In this document: one piece after another, positions 23,175 to 36,570 of the stretch
Position numbering within the stretch: position 1 is the first letter of the stretch
Layout of the letters: every line of letters starts with the position of its first letter
Assembly (NCBI RefSeq): GCF_036971445.1
Contig: NC_091477.1
Coordinates: forward strand, 11,160,001 to 11,224,000
From: Narcine bancroftii
Taxonomy: Eukaryota
Length of the DNA: 64,000 nt
Reading direction: 5' to 3'
The notes under the pieces: generated by a model
Databases searched by the model: none
What the model saw: only the letters and a program-made list of their open reading frames with translations
What the model was told of the DNA's origin: nothing
Program-made: the position numbers and the translations under genes

Positions 23175-25229
23175 GGACATTTCACACGCAGTTCTATGAC
23201 AAAGCACTTCCCATTCTCTGCAAATGACCTTAATTTCCTCTGACACATAGGCCCTTGGCCACCTTTCCCTTCCTCTCGGGTGAGGTTGTGCAATTTCATG
23301 GAAATTATCATCTATTCAGGTTGCATCTTGACACCTGTGTGTAGATTATATATCAGTGGGGAAAATAAACCCCAGATCGAGTTTGATTTTTTTTTGGAAC
23401 ACATTTTAAAAGTTTATAGCTTGTGAGAATCAGGCACCAAATGGCTGATGGCTTCTGACCATTTTGCAGCTCATCAATGATGGGGAAAGTGGAAGCAAGA
23501 CCCGCCGGCAGCATACACAATTCATCCCGCATGACTATTAAATATTAAACCCACCGTGAGATTGGGTTTCCCCAACATACCATGAGCCCATTGCAAAAGA
23601 CAATTAATGCACCCTGTCTGAATTTCTTTGCTTTAATACATCACAGTCACATTATTTATTAGAAGCTGATACTGCATTGAAATATCATTATACACTTCAG
23701 AAAAATTTAATCCTGCCCTGATTTAATTTTCTCTCCAGGCCATTTTCCTACCCTCTTTCTTTTCTCATGATATGTATCTTAATTGTTTGATAATTGCAAG
23801 CAGTCTCCTAGTTTTCCACACACGTGTCCTTTAAGGCAATTGTTCCCTTGATAATTTTTGAAGTGCATCTGACATTTTCTCTGTTCTTTCCCCTATTTTC
23901 CTTTCTGCATCTTAAAATAAATGTTATCTCAGTGTTCCAGTTCTATCTTTGACCTGATATATTTCTCTTCTAGTTGATGCTGTCTGATTTGCTGAGTGTT
24001 TCCAGCATTACCTCTAATGGCCTAGCCAACATTCCCATATTATCATATAGCCTTTCCTGGGTGTAAATTGCTTCACTGGCTAAAGTACTTTGGGGCACCC
24101 TGGAAGTAATATAACAAGTTCTCTATGAAGTCCAGGTTTCCTTTTTATCTAGCAACGGAAGGTTCAGATCATTTCTATTTCTCCCACTGATGCTGTTCAA
24201 CCTGCTGGGTTTATCCAGCAGATTATATGTTGCTCCAAATTCCAGCATCTCCAGTCTCCTGAGTGTGTCCAGGGATGGAACTTGCCTCATTACCTGTTTT
24301 GCATGTTCCCAGGTATTCTGATAAAGCCTGGCTTAGGGAACCAGGAAATCTGCCCTGGTGCTGGAGAAACTTAAGATGTCTCTTTCTCCTTCCGTGCAAT
24401 CATCCTCATGTGTTGATAACAAATTGGATGATAAAATAGATATTTGATTCCTGATGTCAGTTGTGTGAATTCAGCATCCAGTCTCAATTCACATGATAAT
24501 CACAACCTTCCTGCTTCTTAGGGTAGGATTTATATCTGAAGTAGCCCAACATAAAAAGTGATGAGGCGTGTTTGCTGCCCTGTGTGTGACATTTGCTGAG
24601 ACCTCCCATTATTTCTTGCTGAGCTGAACACCACCTGAGTTCCATCTGCCCAACACAGCATTTGCTGTGCAAACATCTGCATTTAAGTGTTCAAATCTTC
24701 CATGGTAAGGATTCCTGCTAAAAATAATCCCCAGGATTTCTGCTCATTTGCAACTTCCTGAACACAAACTGTGCCACGAACAGAAAAGAGCAGCATGTTA
24801 CAAAAGTGAAACTGCTTTAAAGACAATTCCAATATCGCTGAAAATAGCCTGGTACAAATAAAAAAAAAGCTTTAATATCACTGTGCCAATCAATCACCTT
24901 TGGAATTCATGACATTAAGTTACTGAAAATACTTTTAAAACAGTCAGCAAATGTATTCTAGTTGCAGTTGCAAAATAGTCAATTTTGGAGTGATTATTTT
25001 TTAATAAAATCATTCAATGATTTTGAGAGCAGCTTCCTGCATTTACAAGGAGACGTTCACTGGTAGTATGGCTCCATGTTCACCCATCTTGAGATTACAA
25101 CCAGCAGCCTGAATCATATTGCCTCTCTGTCATGAGCAGTAATTGAGGCAAACAATTTTGATGGTTCACTGCCACAGGTTCAGTCTCCCAGTTAGAATTT
25201 AAAATCAGACCCCATCCATGCACTCAGAT

Positions 25230-26005
25230 GGACATAAGGAATAGGAGCAGGGCTCATCTCCAGTGACCTGCCTTTTCCCCATATCCATTAATTCCTCTAC
25301 TACGTAAAAATCTATCCAACTTTATCAATAGGATAACTCCTTTATCTCAGGAATCACATTCAGATTCATATTTATTGTCAGAGTATATACATGACATCAC
25401 GAACAACCCTGAGATTCTTTTTCTTGTGGGCAAGGTAGAATTAACACTTAATGGCAGTGCAATAAAACAAAAACTGTTTCAACGTACACATGTAAACAAT
25501 AAAGGAATGTAACAAACTGACTATGCAATACAGAGATAGAAAAAAAAATCAATAAAGTGCAAAAGTACAATGAGTCCCTGATTGTGTTTGTTATTGAAGA
25601 GTCTGATGGTGGAGGGGTAGCAGCTATTCTTGAACCTGATTCGAGTCTTGTGGTGTGACTGATCAATCTGGCGAACCTCCTCTGCATCACCTCCTAAGCC
25701 AGTAAGTACATCCTTCCTCAAATAAGGAGACCAGAACTTCAGCAGTACTTCAGATGTGACCTCACTAGTACCTTGTCCCGCATCGGACTTGTCAGCCACA
25801 ATCGAGCCTGCAGCTGACGTGGACTTTTACCCCCTCCATAAATCTTCGTCCGCGAAGCCAAGCCAAAGAAAAAAAAAGTACCTTGTACAGTTGCAGCATA
25901 ACCTCCCCGCTCTGAGTTCAATCCCTCTAACAATGAAGGTCAACATTCCATTTGTCTTCTCGATAGCCTCTGGCACTTTCAAACCAATCTTTTGCGATTC
26001 ATAAG
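25230..26005 (-). mobile_element. CR1 fragment with nested Rex1 3' end (25360-25655) and a 100-bp RTE tail
   Basis: CR1 motifs WSPYLRKDV are on the minus strand. Rex1 ..RFKNSCYPSTIRLFN is on the minus strand. Confidence 0.75.
25777..25876 (+). mobile_element. RTE LINE 3' tip (100 bp)
   Basis: Matches the RTE 3' end. TSD agtaccttgt at 25767-25776 and 25877-25886. Confidence 0.92.
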
Positions 26006-26407
26006 GATGCCCAATGGTTTTGTTCTGAAGAACGATTGGGATATTCGCCTTATTGCCCTGGCCAGCATTTAACATCATGAGAAATAAATACACTAGTCAT
26101 TATCACATTTTTGCTTGTGGGGCCTTTAATAGCACTTTGAAAGTACTCATGGCTGTAAAACAATTGGGGATATTCTAAATTCATGTTGGATCGTATTTAA
26201 ATACAGATAGAAATTATATATTAGTCCGTAAAGAAGAAGATTGTCACAGGAAAACAGAAGGAAATTGGAACTGAAGCAGGTCTATCTTATCAAGCCAATA
26301 AGGTTATACATAAAAAATCTCTTTTTGAGCTTGAATTTGGATTATCCTTTATGGATTATTCTCCAAATATAGATTAGATGGGTCAATTGGAGATTTTCAA
26401 CCACTTT

Positions 26408-26612
26408 GGACTGCCAACAAGAGCATATACTCAATGTCCTGGTTTTGCAGGACTACCAACAAGCATATGTACTCTGTGTTCCAGTTTTCCTGGACTACCA
26501 ACAAGAGCATATACTCCATGCCCCAGTTTTCAGGGACTAGCAAAAATGCAAGTACTCTGTGTCTTGGTTTTCAGGGTTTACCAACAAGAGCATATACACC
26601 ACGTCCCGATTT
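26408..26612. repeat. Degenerate 42-bp minisatellite, ~5 copies
   Basis: ggactaccaacaagagcatatactc..tgtcc..gtttt at 26408, 26450, 26492, ~26534 and ~26575. Confidence 0.85.
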
Positions 26613-28507
26613 TATACCCAATCACCAGCTGGCTCCTACTGGTGTTTGTACTGTATACTGTATATACGAAGAGAGATTAAAAATGGCCAGAGTCCAAAGG
26701 GTTAATAGAGTTCAATGGGCATATTGTTCATGTCTCTTCACAATGCAATCGTTGACTGATCAGGATAAGGTGCGGGGGAAGGTGGATGTTCGGCTGGTGA
26801 TGTTAACAGTGAAAGCAATATTTGCAGGTTGAATAAAATGTTTGCATAAGTTTGAATTAATTAGATGTTACATTGATCTGCCCAGCATTTTCTTGCTTGG
26901 TTAACTGTCGTCTCGTTTTGATGAAATATCGTATTGCTTACTGAATGTCAGCAATATCAACCTCAGCATCAGTGAAAGACAATCTAGAAAATAATTATTT
27001 GAGACCCATGCACCTACAGTGACTTCCACATAATTAGTACCTTTCCTGTAATGAAAGGATCCCAGTTAATTCACAACATCGAAAATAAAAGTCAAATAGT
27101 GAATGAGTTGCAATTAAAAACCGGACAAAATTAGAGGAGGTGGTGCAGTTGAAGGTTTGGTCAAACTGATGGGTTTTGTGAAGTTTTTAAAGACAGTGAA
27201 ATTTAGAAGGGCACAGTGGTTAAGGAAGAAAAGCTCTGATTGCACATCTGGAAGTCAATGACCTATTTTTTGCTAGCAGCTGAAGGAAAAGACTGAAATT
27301 TGTTAGTCACCGATTGTCTCATAGCTCAGATTACCGATAACCAGAGCCCATCTGTATTTGCATTGCTAAATATGACAAGATCTGAATGAATTGGCTTTAT
27401 GATCAAATGCCTGGATAAGGGAGAATGTAGTGTGATTGTCAATCCCTTATAAATAGAACCAAACAGACACTCATGAATATTGAGGGTGTATTCTGAAGGG
27501 AGTTAACTAGATTTAACAAATTCAGAAAGCAGGATACACACATATGGAAATTCAAGACAAGTCAAGATCTGTCAAGGTAAAAAAAATGTGTGAATTCTTT
27601 ATTGTTTTAAGTAGGATTATTTTCACTCGAAAACAACTGGCAAGAGCCAACAGCTCCTGCAAATGGATCATTTCCCAGCTGGTGTGATACTCATTTCCTG
27701 GGCTCTCCATCATCAAACAGATTCACAAGAACATGCCTCTATATGTGTGTCCTATTCACACCCACTTAGGGACAGCTTGCACATTTCCTAGGGTGTAACC
27801 TTTATTTATTTAGCAACCAGTCTTTGAAATATCCTACTGGTCACTTTCAGAGAAGGATGCAATGGATTAACTGGATGAGGTTTCACTTTTGGCTGGCTGG
27901 CAGGAGAGTGGGATACCAGTGGCGTACTGCTCCCATCCCATTGCCTTCCCCTTACCACTTTCTCCCTCCTCCACATACCCTGCAGGTCTCTTTAGGCACA
28001 TTCATACTTGTTTTTCAGATGGTCCGTTTTAATATCTGATGGTCACAGCTCCCAGCATACACAATTTATGGATTTCATTCCTCAGTAAACAAAGAATTAA
28101 AGGATGTTCCGATCTACTTTACGTTCAAGAAATCCTTATTGTTGTGTTGAAGGAAAAATGGCAGCCAATGTGCACAGCAAAATCTCATCAAGAGCAAAAG
28201 CAAAAATGACCAGATAATAATGATTTAGTTATTTGGGGATGATAACTAATAGCAGAAATGTTTTTTTACATAATTGTGCCGAGGAGTTCTGTGCATTAAT
28301 CTCAGAGAGTATCTGTGTCCTATCAGGTAAAACAATATTTTTATTTATGTAAGTTATTGTCTCCGAGTTTTAAAAGTTTTGAATTTAGACATAAAGAATG
28401 GTAACAGATCCTTCTGGCCCATGAGCCCATGCAGCCCATATAAACCAATTGATTTCCAACCCCCAGACATTATTTTTGAAGAGTGGGAGGAACCGAAGTA
28501 TCTGGAG

Positions 28508-29502
28508 CAGGGGTGTCAAACTCAAATTCACCGAGGGCCAAAATTAAAAACTTGGACTAAGTCGAGGGCCGAACTAAATATTTATTGAAATTTTTCAACA
28601 ACATCTGCATGTTTTCTCTCAACATATGTAATGTTAAACTTTTTCTTATTAAAATAAATGTTTAATAATAGTTTTGGTTAAACTCTTTCCATAAGAAGGA
28701 TTAACAAATAAGAAATAAAATATTCAATAAATAATATTTCTCTCTAGCCTTTAAGCCAAGGATCGCATGTTGCCGAGAAGCATGCCAGGGAGCGGAGGTC
28801 TGCAGGAAGCCCTCCCCAGCCCAGCCAGCAAACCCGAGCGGCATCCCCCCCGCCCCCTCTCCCTCCTCCGCACCCGCCTCCGCCTGCCGCAACCACCGCC
28901 AACAACCCAAGGAGTCCCCGCTGGTCTCGCCATCTCACCGGGAATACCGTGAGAGCGGTGGAACTCGTCCTTGACCTCCACCCCAGCGAAAAGTCCGATG
29001 CCCGGCAGCACCCGCCCACAGATGAAGATCAAGGAGACGCGGAGGTGACCCACCACGTCCAGCCACATGGAGCTAGGCAGCGGGTCCATTGTAGCTAGGT
29101 GGCGGGTCCGTTGTAGCTAGGCGGCGGGTCCGTTGTAGTTAGGCGGCGGGTCCGTTGTAGCTAGGCGGCGGGTCCGTTGGAGCTAGGCGGCAGGTCCGTT
29201 GGAGCTAGGCGGCGGGTCCGTTGGAGCTAGGCGGCGGGTCCGTTGGAGCTAGGCGGCGGGTCCGTTGTATCGGCGTCGCTGTGAATATCTAATTAACTTT
29301 CCCGTTAACTATATCGGTGTCCTGCTGTGCCTGCTGTGGAAGTGCTAAAATCTACTAAGGTAGTGCCTGCTGCTGTGCATGTGCTCTACTTGCGCGGCGG
29401 CCAGCGGGCCAACTCTCATATATATTTAATATGATCTTGCGGGCCAAATATAATTATATCGCGGGCCAAATTTGGCCCGCGGGCCAGAGTTTGACATGTG
29501 TG
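28508..29502. mobile_element. Non-autonomous hAT DNA transposon (995 bp)
   Basis: TIRs caggggtgtcaaactc / gagtttgacatgtgtg, perfect 8-bp TSD atctggag (28500-28507, 29503-29510), subterminal gcgggcc repeats, no transposase. Confidence 0.93.
29070..29268. repeat. 22-bp CpG-rich minisatellite, ~9 copies, inside the hAT element
   Basis: Unit gctaggcggcgggtccgttg(t/g)a. Confidence 0.95.
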
Positions 29503-30039
29503 ATCTGGAGGAAGCCCACGTTGACATGGGGAGGATGTTCAGACTCCTTACAGACAGTGCAGGATTTGAACCTCAGTCCCGATTGCTAGCTAAGTAAAGG
29601 CATTGTGCTCATGCTACGCCACCCATGCCACCCATTTTGAACATTTCCACAGATATCAGATATCAGTGGTCCTCATATCAGTGGTCCAAGTGATCTCAGT
29701 CTTTTTCAAAAAATCCTTAATAAGTTACCCCTTATTCCCTAGTCCTCATTGGGGACTTTTCTATCCCTCCCAGGAAGCAGATGGGGAAGGAAGGAGTGAT
29801 TCTCCATGCTCTATTAGCATGTTTGATGGAATAGTCCAGCCAGGGATTTTGAATGTTCGCCTTTAAGCTGAGGAACTCAAGTTTCCATTGGCACACAATG
29901 CACCTTCAGGGAATATCACATCTGTTTGCTCTCTGTCCTTTCTCTTCATTCACATTCACATTTTCCAGTAGGATACAATTGAGACTAATCAGGTATTCAC
30001 TCCACCCTCCTTGCTTTAGAGTGGGCTGAGGCCAGTTAA

Positions 30040-30290
30040 GTAAAAACACACCATAAATGCTCAAGGAACTCAGCCAGTCTCACAGCGTCCATAGGGGGTA
30101 AATGCATATTACTGACATTTCGAACCTGAGCTTACCAAGGTAACTTACCTGGAAGAAGAGTTCAGGCCCAAAATGTGGGTAAAATATCTTTACTTTCTCC
30201 TGATGCTGTGAGACTATCTGAGTTCCTCCAGCATTTACTGTGTGTTTTTACGACAATCACAGCGTCTTCAGGCTTCTGTATTTCTCTCCT
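30040..30290. mobile_element. Inverted pair of Penelope-like tails (hairpin)
   Basis: aaatgctcaaggaactcag..gtctcacagcgtc is reverse-complemented as gatgctgtgagac..ctgagttcctccagcattt. Confidence 0.75.
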
Positions 30291-30899
30291 GAGGCCATTT
30301 AAGCCTCACTGCCAAAACCAACAGAGAACAACAGAGGAATGAAGTCAGCCTGGCCCTGCCAATATTGTCCCAAGGTCTGCAATGACTGGCCACTGTTAAG
30401 AGACTCTTGTCTTCTCTAACCAGAAGAGCCAGGACTGGTTTGATGATTCTGATCAGGAAGCTGAATGGTTGATGATCTGCCAACATTTACCAAATAGATT
30501 GTCTACATGAACTTTAGTAAGGCATTTGACACACTCTTGTATGGGAGAAGAGTGTGGAAAATTAGATCACATGAATGGCATCGTGAAGAAAGCCTCTACT
30601 TCCCCAGGAGTTTGCGGAGGAGCTAGTGGAGTTGTTCAAGTGAACCGGTACGGACTTGAAGGGCCGACATGGCTTGTTTCCGTGCTGTAAACGGTTATAT
30701 GGTTATATGGTTATTAGTGTTTCTGGATTGGAACCTCCAGGTTTTTTCAAGGCACCATAAGGCAGGAGCCCACTAAAAAAATCTGGGGCCCAAAGAACAG
30801 ATGGTTGGATGAGAGACCACAGGAGGCTCAACAATTCACCAATAGCCTTCAGTGGTGTTAAAGCCATTCATGGCCATAACACCTAAAACTCCCATGTCA

Positions 30900-31045
30900 T
30901 ACCTTGATGAAGAGCTCAAACCTGAAATGTTGGTGATGTATCTTTATCTTTGCTATATAAAGTACACTGTTTGACCTGCTGAGTTTCTGCAGCATTGAGT
31001 TTTTACTTCAATCATGGTGTCTGCAGACTTTTGTGTTTCACTCTA
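30900..31045 (+). mobile_element. Penelope-like tail
   Basis: accttgatgaagagctcaaacctgaaatgtt...tctgcagac. Confidence 0.7.
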
Positions 31046-32291
31046 GACCTACTATTGACAGTCATGGATGAGGGAGAATTATGGCAGCTGAAGGGAAGCC
31101 TCTGCTTCAGTTTCCATGAAACCCCTTTTCCATGTCTCTCTCTTTCCCTGTCCATATGTTTCCTTTCCTCCAGATTCCCACACCCCTCCCTTCCCTCTCC
31201 TATTAGAGAGCTATCGTCTTCCCTTTGACTTCTCTGCTCTTTTATCTTCTACCCTACCCTATGACCTCTTATCCTGTCATAATTATGAAAAAATATTTAT
31301 TTATTTGAATGAATGAATATTGGTCCGCTTTATGTATTGTTTGTTTATATGTGTGTTATGTCTGGTTGTGAGTCTACATATTTTGAACCGAGGACAGAGA
31401 ACGCTGTTTGGTTGGGTTGAACTTGTGCAATCAGATGACAATAAATTTGACTTGACTGGTTTTCTTATTGCAAAGGATGAGTTGCACCAATCACCATTTG
31501 TAGCAAGGCAATAAATATTTCCTACAAATATTTTTTGGAGGTTGCTACAAACATTTGATTTCATAAAGGAGGTAGCAATTAATTAACAAGTAATACATAA
31601 CTTTTTCTCCTTGAAACTTGAGGTTGCCAACTTCACTGCAATAGAAAATGTGAAAAGATTGATAGAGCTGATAACATGCCAGTGGGTTCTCTGTTTCCCC
31701 AAGTGCAGTAACAAATGCTAGGTACTGCATTGTTTTCACACCTTGTTTACTTAACAACTGTAGATTGGCAATCCATTGCAAATTTCTCTATTTCTTAATG
31801 TACATTTATTCTGAGAAGCATTTATACCAGAGGTGCTCATGCCTGCTCTATATCTAATAGCTCCATTTTGTAGCCCAACCCTTGGTAGAGTTATGAAAGG
31901 CTGGACATAATATTCTGCAATCTAGTGGGATTGAAGGAGTAACAATGTTCCTCGTTAAAAACACAGAAATGCTGGAGGAACCCAATGGGTCTCACAGAAT
32001 CCATGGGAGGCAAAGATATATAACCAATGTTTTGGGCCTGAGCCCTTCCTCAATATATGAAGAACCTTCACTTAATTCCAAGAAGCTGTCAGATTTTCAT
32101 CTACACATAAAGTTGTCATCTTTTTTTTAGCCAAGGCAAATTCTAAAGATGAAGGATAACTTGCTTCGACTCTAGCTCCAAGTGAATGCTGCCTGGACTT
32201 GAATCACTTTAACAGGATTCTGCCCAATCTTAACAGGGCAAGGTAATGGTCAATTAGGAAGTGGACGGAAAATGTTTAGAGACTGGTATCT

Positions 32292-32425
32292 NNNNNNNNN
32301 NNNNNNNNNNNNNNNNNNNNNNNNNNNNNNNNNNNNNNNNNNNNNNNNNNNNNNNNNNNNNNNNNNNNNNNNNNNNNNNNNNNNNNNNNNNNNNNNNNNN
32401 NNNNNNNNNNNNNNNNNNNNNNNNN
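32292..32425. other. Assembly gap (134 N)
   Basis: N run. Confidence 1.
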
Positions 32426-33589
32426 AATTGCTATTCCCGCCCGCCCCGCCTCCCCCGCCCCCCACCCCCCCCCCCCAACGTTCCCACCTATGAGCTTGAT
32501 AATAGCTGGTAATCTTGTAGTCCTCACTCTGTAATTATTCATTTATGAGCTTTGATAACTGGTTTTGTCACCAATTGTGCTCCTTAAAATCTCCCTTTAA
32601 TTGGGCTTGTCTAATATTTCTTTTCTTGGCCCACCATCAAGGATTATCTAAAAATCCTCCTGTGAAGTACCTTAAAATCTTTTGCCATGTTAAAAGTTCT
32701 TTTAGCTAATATTGGTTGCAAGTTAGGTTAAATAAAGAATCCTCAATGAAGGTTGGAATTGATTTTGCCCAGTGCCCATGATAGGAACTGTCACCGGTGC
32801 TCACAGGACACTCATCCAAAGAAGGACAATGGATGATTGCTTTTGCCGTATGGATGGTATCCTCTAAAAAACCCACCAGAACAACACACTCAGGACAGAA
32901 TGCAGGCTTTAATGTGACATGAATGAAGAAACTGGGGGTATAGAAATAGTCAGTCAATGTTTCAGGTTGTGACCCAAGTGACACTTCCCTGTGCCTCCTT
33001 GAACTGCTCAAACATTCCATAGCATCATGACAGCTCCCACAAACCCATTTCCTTGATATCCTTTCTGTCCAACAATATTTTGTTCTCATCTTTGAACTCA
33101 TGGAGACAGCAATTACAAAAATGTAGAATTCTCTGCCTTTACAACTCCTCTCAATCCAAATTGACCAATCCTTCATCTAATACTATGTCTATTAAAGTCA
33201 ACACAGGCTGTAGTAAAACAAACAGTAGAACCAAAGGGCATGCAATCACTTCTTTATTGTTGTATGCTTGTGGGAATGAGTACAAGGAAAGAGTAAACAA
33301 GATAACTCTTTCTCTGCACAGAGCCTCACTCAAAGTACACAGTATTCTTGCTCAGCTTGTATAGTCCTTCAGTTAGGTGCCTATGGGCAGTTTTAAATGA
33401 TTTTTTACTTTGGCAATCTAATGTTTTTGCAACTTCTGTCCTTCGCAACTTCTGAGAGTTACAATCCAGTAACCTTCTGATATACCATATCTCTTGCTTC
33501 ATCCTCCCATCCCATTTGAGTCAGCTGTGCTGAAGTGTTAGCTCTTTGTTGGCCTACATTCTAGCAGAAGCCACCTTCCCATTATTCTT

Positions 33590-35940
33590 TCTTTTAAAAG
33601 TATTTTTGTTGCGTTTAACATATAAGCTTACATACAGAGTTTTAGAAAAGAAGGCACATAACAAACCATTTGCATACATGTAAGCACAAACACACAAAAA
33701 AATGAAACTAAGTTGAGAATTCCTTAATAAATATCAGAAGCAATAATTTGAATTGATCTGTAAAACCATGTTAAAACTGTTTGCTGAGTTATGCCAATTA
33801 AAAAGTGAAAAAATAAGAAAAAAAGAGGAACAAAACTAAAAATCCACATCTAATCAGCTTCCTCCCTCTAATCAAGGTTACCTTATACAATAAATAAAAA
33901 CAAAAATGTGGATCCAATGGTGACCCCCAGATATCGGACAGTGAATCTCCGGAGCACATAATAATTCTTAATTCTTCCAATTATAATAAAATTTTAAAAA
34001 TAGGCCCCACAACTTTAAAAATTGAAATTTTCTATCTTTAAATATTATATCTAACTTTTTTTTGTTTTGAATACTTTATTTTAATGTTGTGGTCAAACAT
34101 GTATCAAGAATTAACCATGACCTAAATGCATAAATTGAAATGAAAAAAAAAAATCAATGATACAGGTTATCCATATTTCCAAACAACCCCACCACCCTCC
34201 CCCCACCCCATCAGAACACTGAGATAGGAAAAAAATGAAAGGAAAGAAAGAGAAAATAGATAAAAGAGAAAGAAATGGAAAAGCAGGAAAAGAGGAAAGA
34301 AAGAGGAACTGTCAGAATCCGGGATCCACTTCAGAGGACCTAATTACTTTTCTTGCCTAGATCTCAAATAGGAGAAAGAACAAGGATGTAGAACTCAGGA
34401 ACAGAATAAGTATCCCTAAATATTCAATCTTGCATTCTGCAAGTATGGTTGCCTTAGATTATGTAATTTTCTCCAAGGGAACACTATTGTGCATTTCCAC
34501 ATTCCATCAGGCTATATCCACGAGGAATCAGAATTCCAAGTAACCGCAATACATTTCCTGGCCACCACCAATGGAATTTTAAGAAATTCTAATTTGTACT
34601 TGGACAGCCTCATTTTCGGTCTTATGTCCACAATATTTCCAAGGAGAGACAATCTGGACTTCGTGGCAATTGTTTCCCAATAATCTAGTCTAATAAAATT
34701 CTTAAATTTTCCCAAAAAGTTTTCACTTTAAAGCATGACCAGGTGGAAGCTAAAAAGGTTCTAATATCTTCACCACATCTAAAACATATATCTGATATAT
34801 TCGAATTTATGTAATTTCTGTGGGGTAAGATACAGCTGATGCAAAAAATTATATTGCTCCAATCTTTATCTTTTATTTATTGTATTGGTCATGCTGTCCT
34901 GGCATAAATCGAACCAGTTTTTATTGCCAATACTAATATTCAAGCCTGATTCCCATCTTTGTTTTGATTTATATAGCTCTCGCTTGAGAGTTCCTGAATG
35001 AAGTAAGGAATACATTGCAGATGTAAACTTCCTTGTGTTCCTCTTTCAAATCAGAATCTCTATTTTACTGGACTCGAATAACATCATGGTTGGTCCTAAT
35101 TTATCTCTGTAAAAAAGGTCTTAATTGAAAGTAGCAGAAGATTGTGTCATTAAGAAAATTGTATCTATTTTTTTAACTCTTCACTTATATAACTCTTCAT
35201 ATAGTATTTCCAAATTAATTTTTCCAGGAAACTCTGGTTAACTTACCTTTACAAAGAAACTTCCTAACCAATTTATTCAAATTTTGAAAAAAAAACCTTC
35301 TGTGGTAATGGTATTGGAAGAGTCTGGAAGAGACTCCGGTACTATATGCACCAGAATATATTCATTTTAACACAATTAACTTTTCCAATCAAAGTTATCG
35401 GAAGAGTTATCCATTTATTTAAATCTTCTTCAACCTTCTTAAGCAAAGGAAGATAGTTAATTTTATTTGGCTTTCAAATCATTATCTATATTAATCCCCA
35501 AATATTTAATCTCATTCTTCGGCCATTAAATTGTGTATTTCTTTTACATTTTGAATAATCCTCATCAATTAATGGCATAAATTCACTTTTGTCCCAATTT
35601 ATTTTATATCCTGAGTCTTCCAATTGTAAATGCAGCTTTTGCAAATAAGCTTCCGGTTCTGTCAGATACATTAATACATCATCTGCAAATAAACTGATCT
35701 TATGTTCATCTTGCTCATCCCTGAACCCCTTGATGTTTGGATCCAGTCAAATAATTTCTGCCAAAGGATCTATAGCCAATATGAAAAGAGCTGAAGATAA
35801 TGGACATCCTTGACTGCTAGATATGGACAGTGGGAATGCTGGAGATACTCGCACATTTGTCACAACTCTGGCAATATTATATCTAATTTTCTCTAAACCT
35901 AAATAGGACATTACATTATATATCCAGTGTGTATGGGATG
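33590..35940 (-). mobile_element. Degraded L1-like LINE(s), ORF2 RT to 3' end, with a second L1 3' end nested at ~34060-34690
   Basis: QGCPLS.ALFILAIDPLA, ISLFADDVLMYL and SGYKINWDKSE on the minus strand; two separate T-rich tails. Confidence 0.85.
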
Positions 35941-36364
35941 TGTTAGTTAACTGGACTTGTAGCTGGATGAACTTCAGATCATAAGGGAGGCAGAGGCAAT
36001 CATAGATAATTACAGAGAGACAGTCACCCCAAAGAGACAGGAGCCAGCCAATTGGGTGATTGTGAGAAAAGGGAAGGGTGGGGAGATAGCGAGTGCACAG
36101 TACCCCTGCGGCAGTTCCCCTCAATAATAAGTATGAGCTCACTGAGTTGTCTGAATCATGAAAACCATAGCACCATCGAACACTACAGCATTGAAAAGGG
36201 CCATTCAGCCCATCTAGATTTTTGTGCTAAATTCTGCATCCCACCGCTTAAATTTACATCTTCATCATTCCTTCATTATATCAGCAACTGCACACCAGAA
36301 GGTTTAATTCGCTGTAAAGCCCTTTTCAAGTCCTGAGGCCATCGTATAAGGCATGATTATAAGG

Positions 36365-36570
36365 GATAGCATAGTGGTTAGTGAAACACTGTTCAAATCC
36401 GGCACTGTCTGTAAGAAGTTTGTACATTCTTCACATGACTGTGTGGGTTTCCTCTAAGTGCTGCACCATTCAAGATGTTCCGGGGTTCTAGGTCAATTGG
36501 GTATAAGTGGGCAGCACGTGCTTGTGGGCTGAAAGGGCCTATTACCATGCTGTACATCTAAAATTAAAAT
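36365..36570 (+). mobile_element. V-SINE
   Basis: gttcaaatcc B-box, then ctgtctgtaagaagtttgtacattct..tgggtttcct, then an aagggcct tail. Confidence 0.75.

Larger units (their letters stand above)
28378..29630 (-). mobile_element. V-SINE split by a hAT insertion
   Basis: 28378-28507 and 29503-29630 join into one V-SINE like 14340-14555. Confidence 0.75.
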
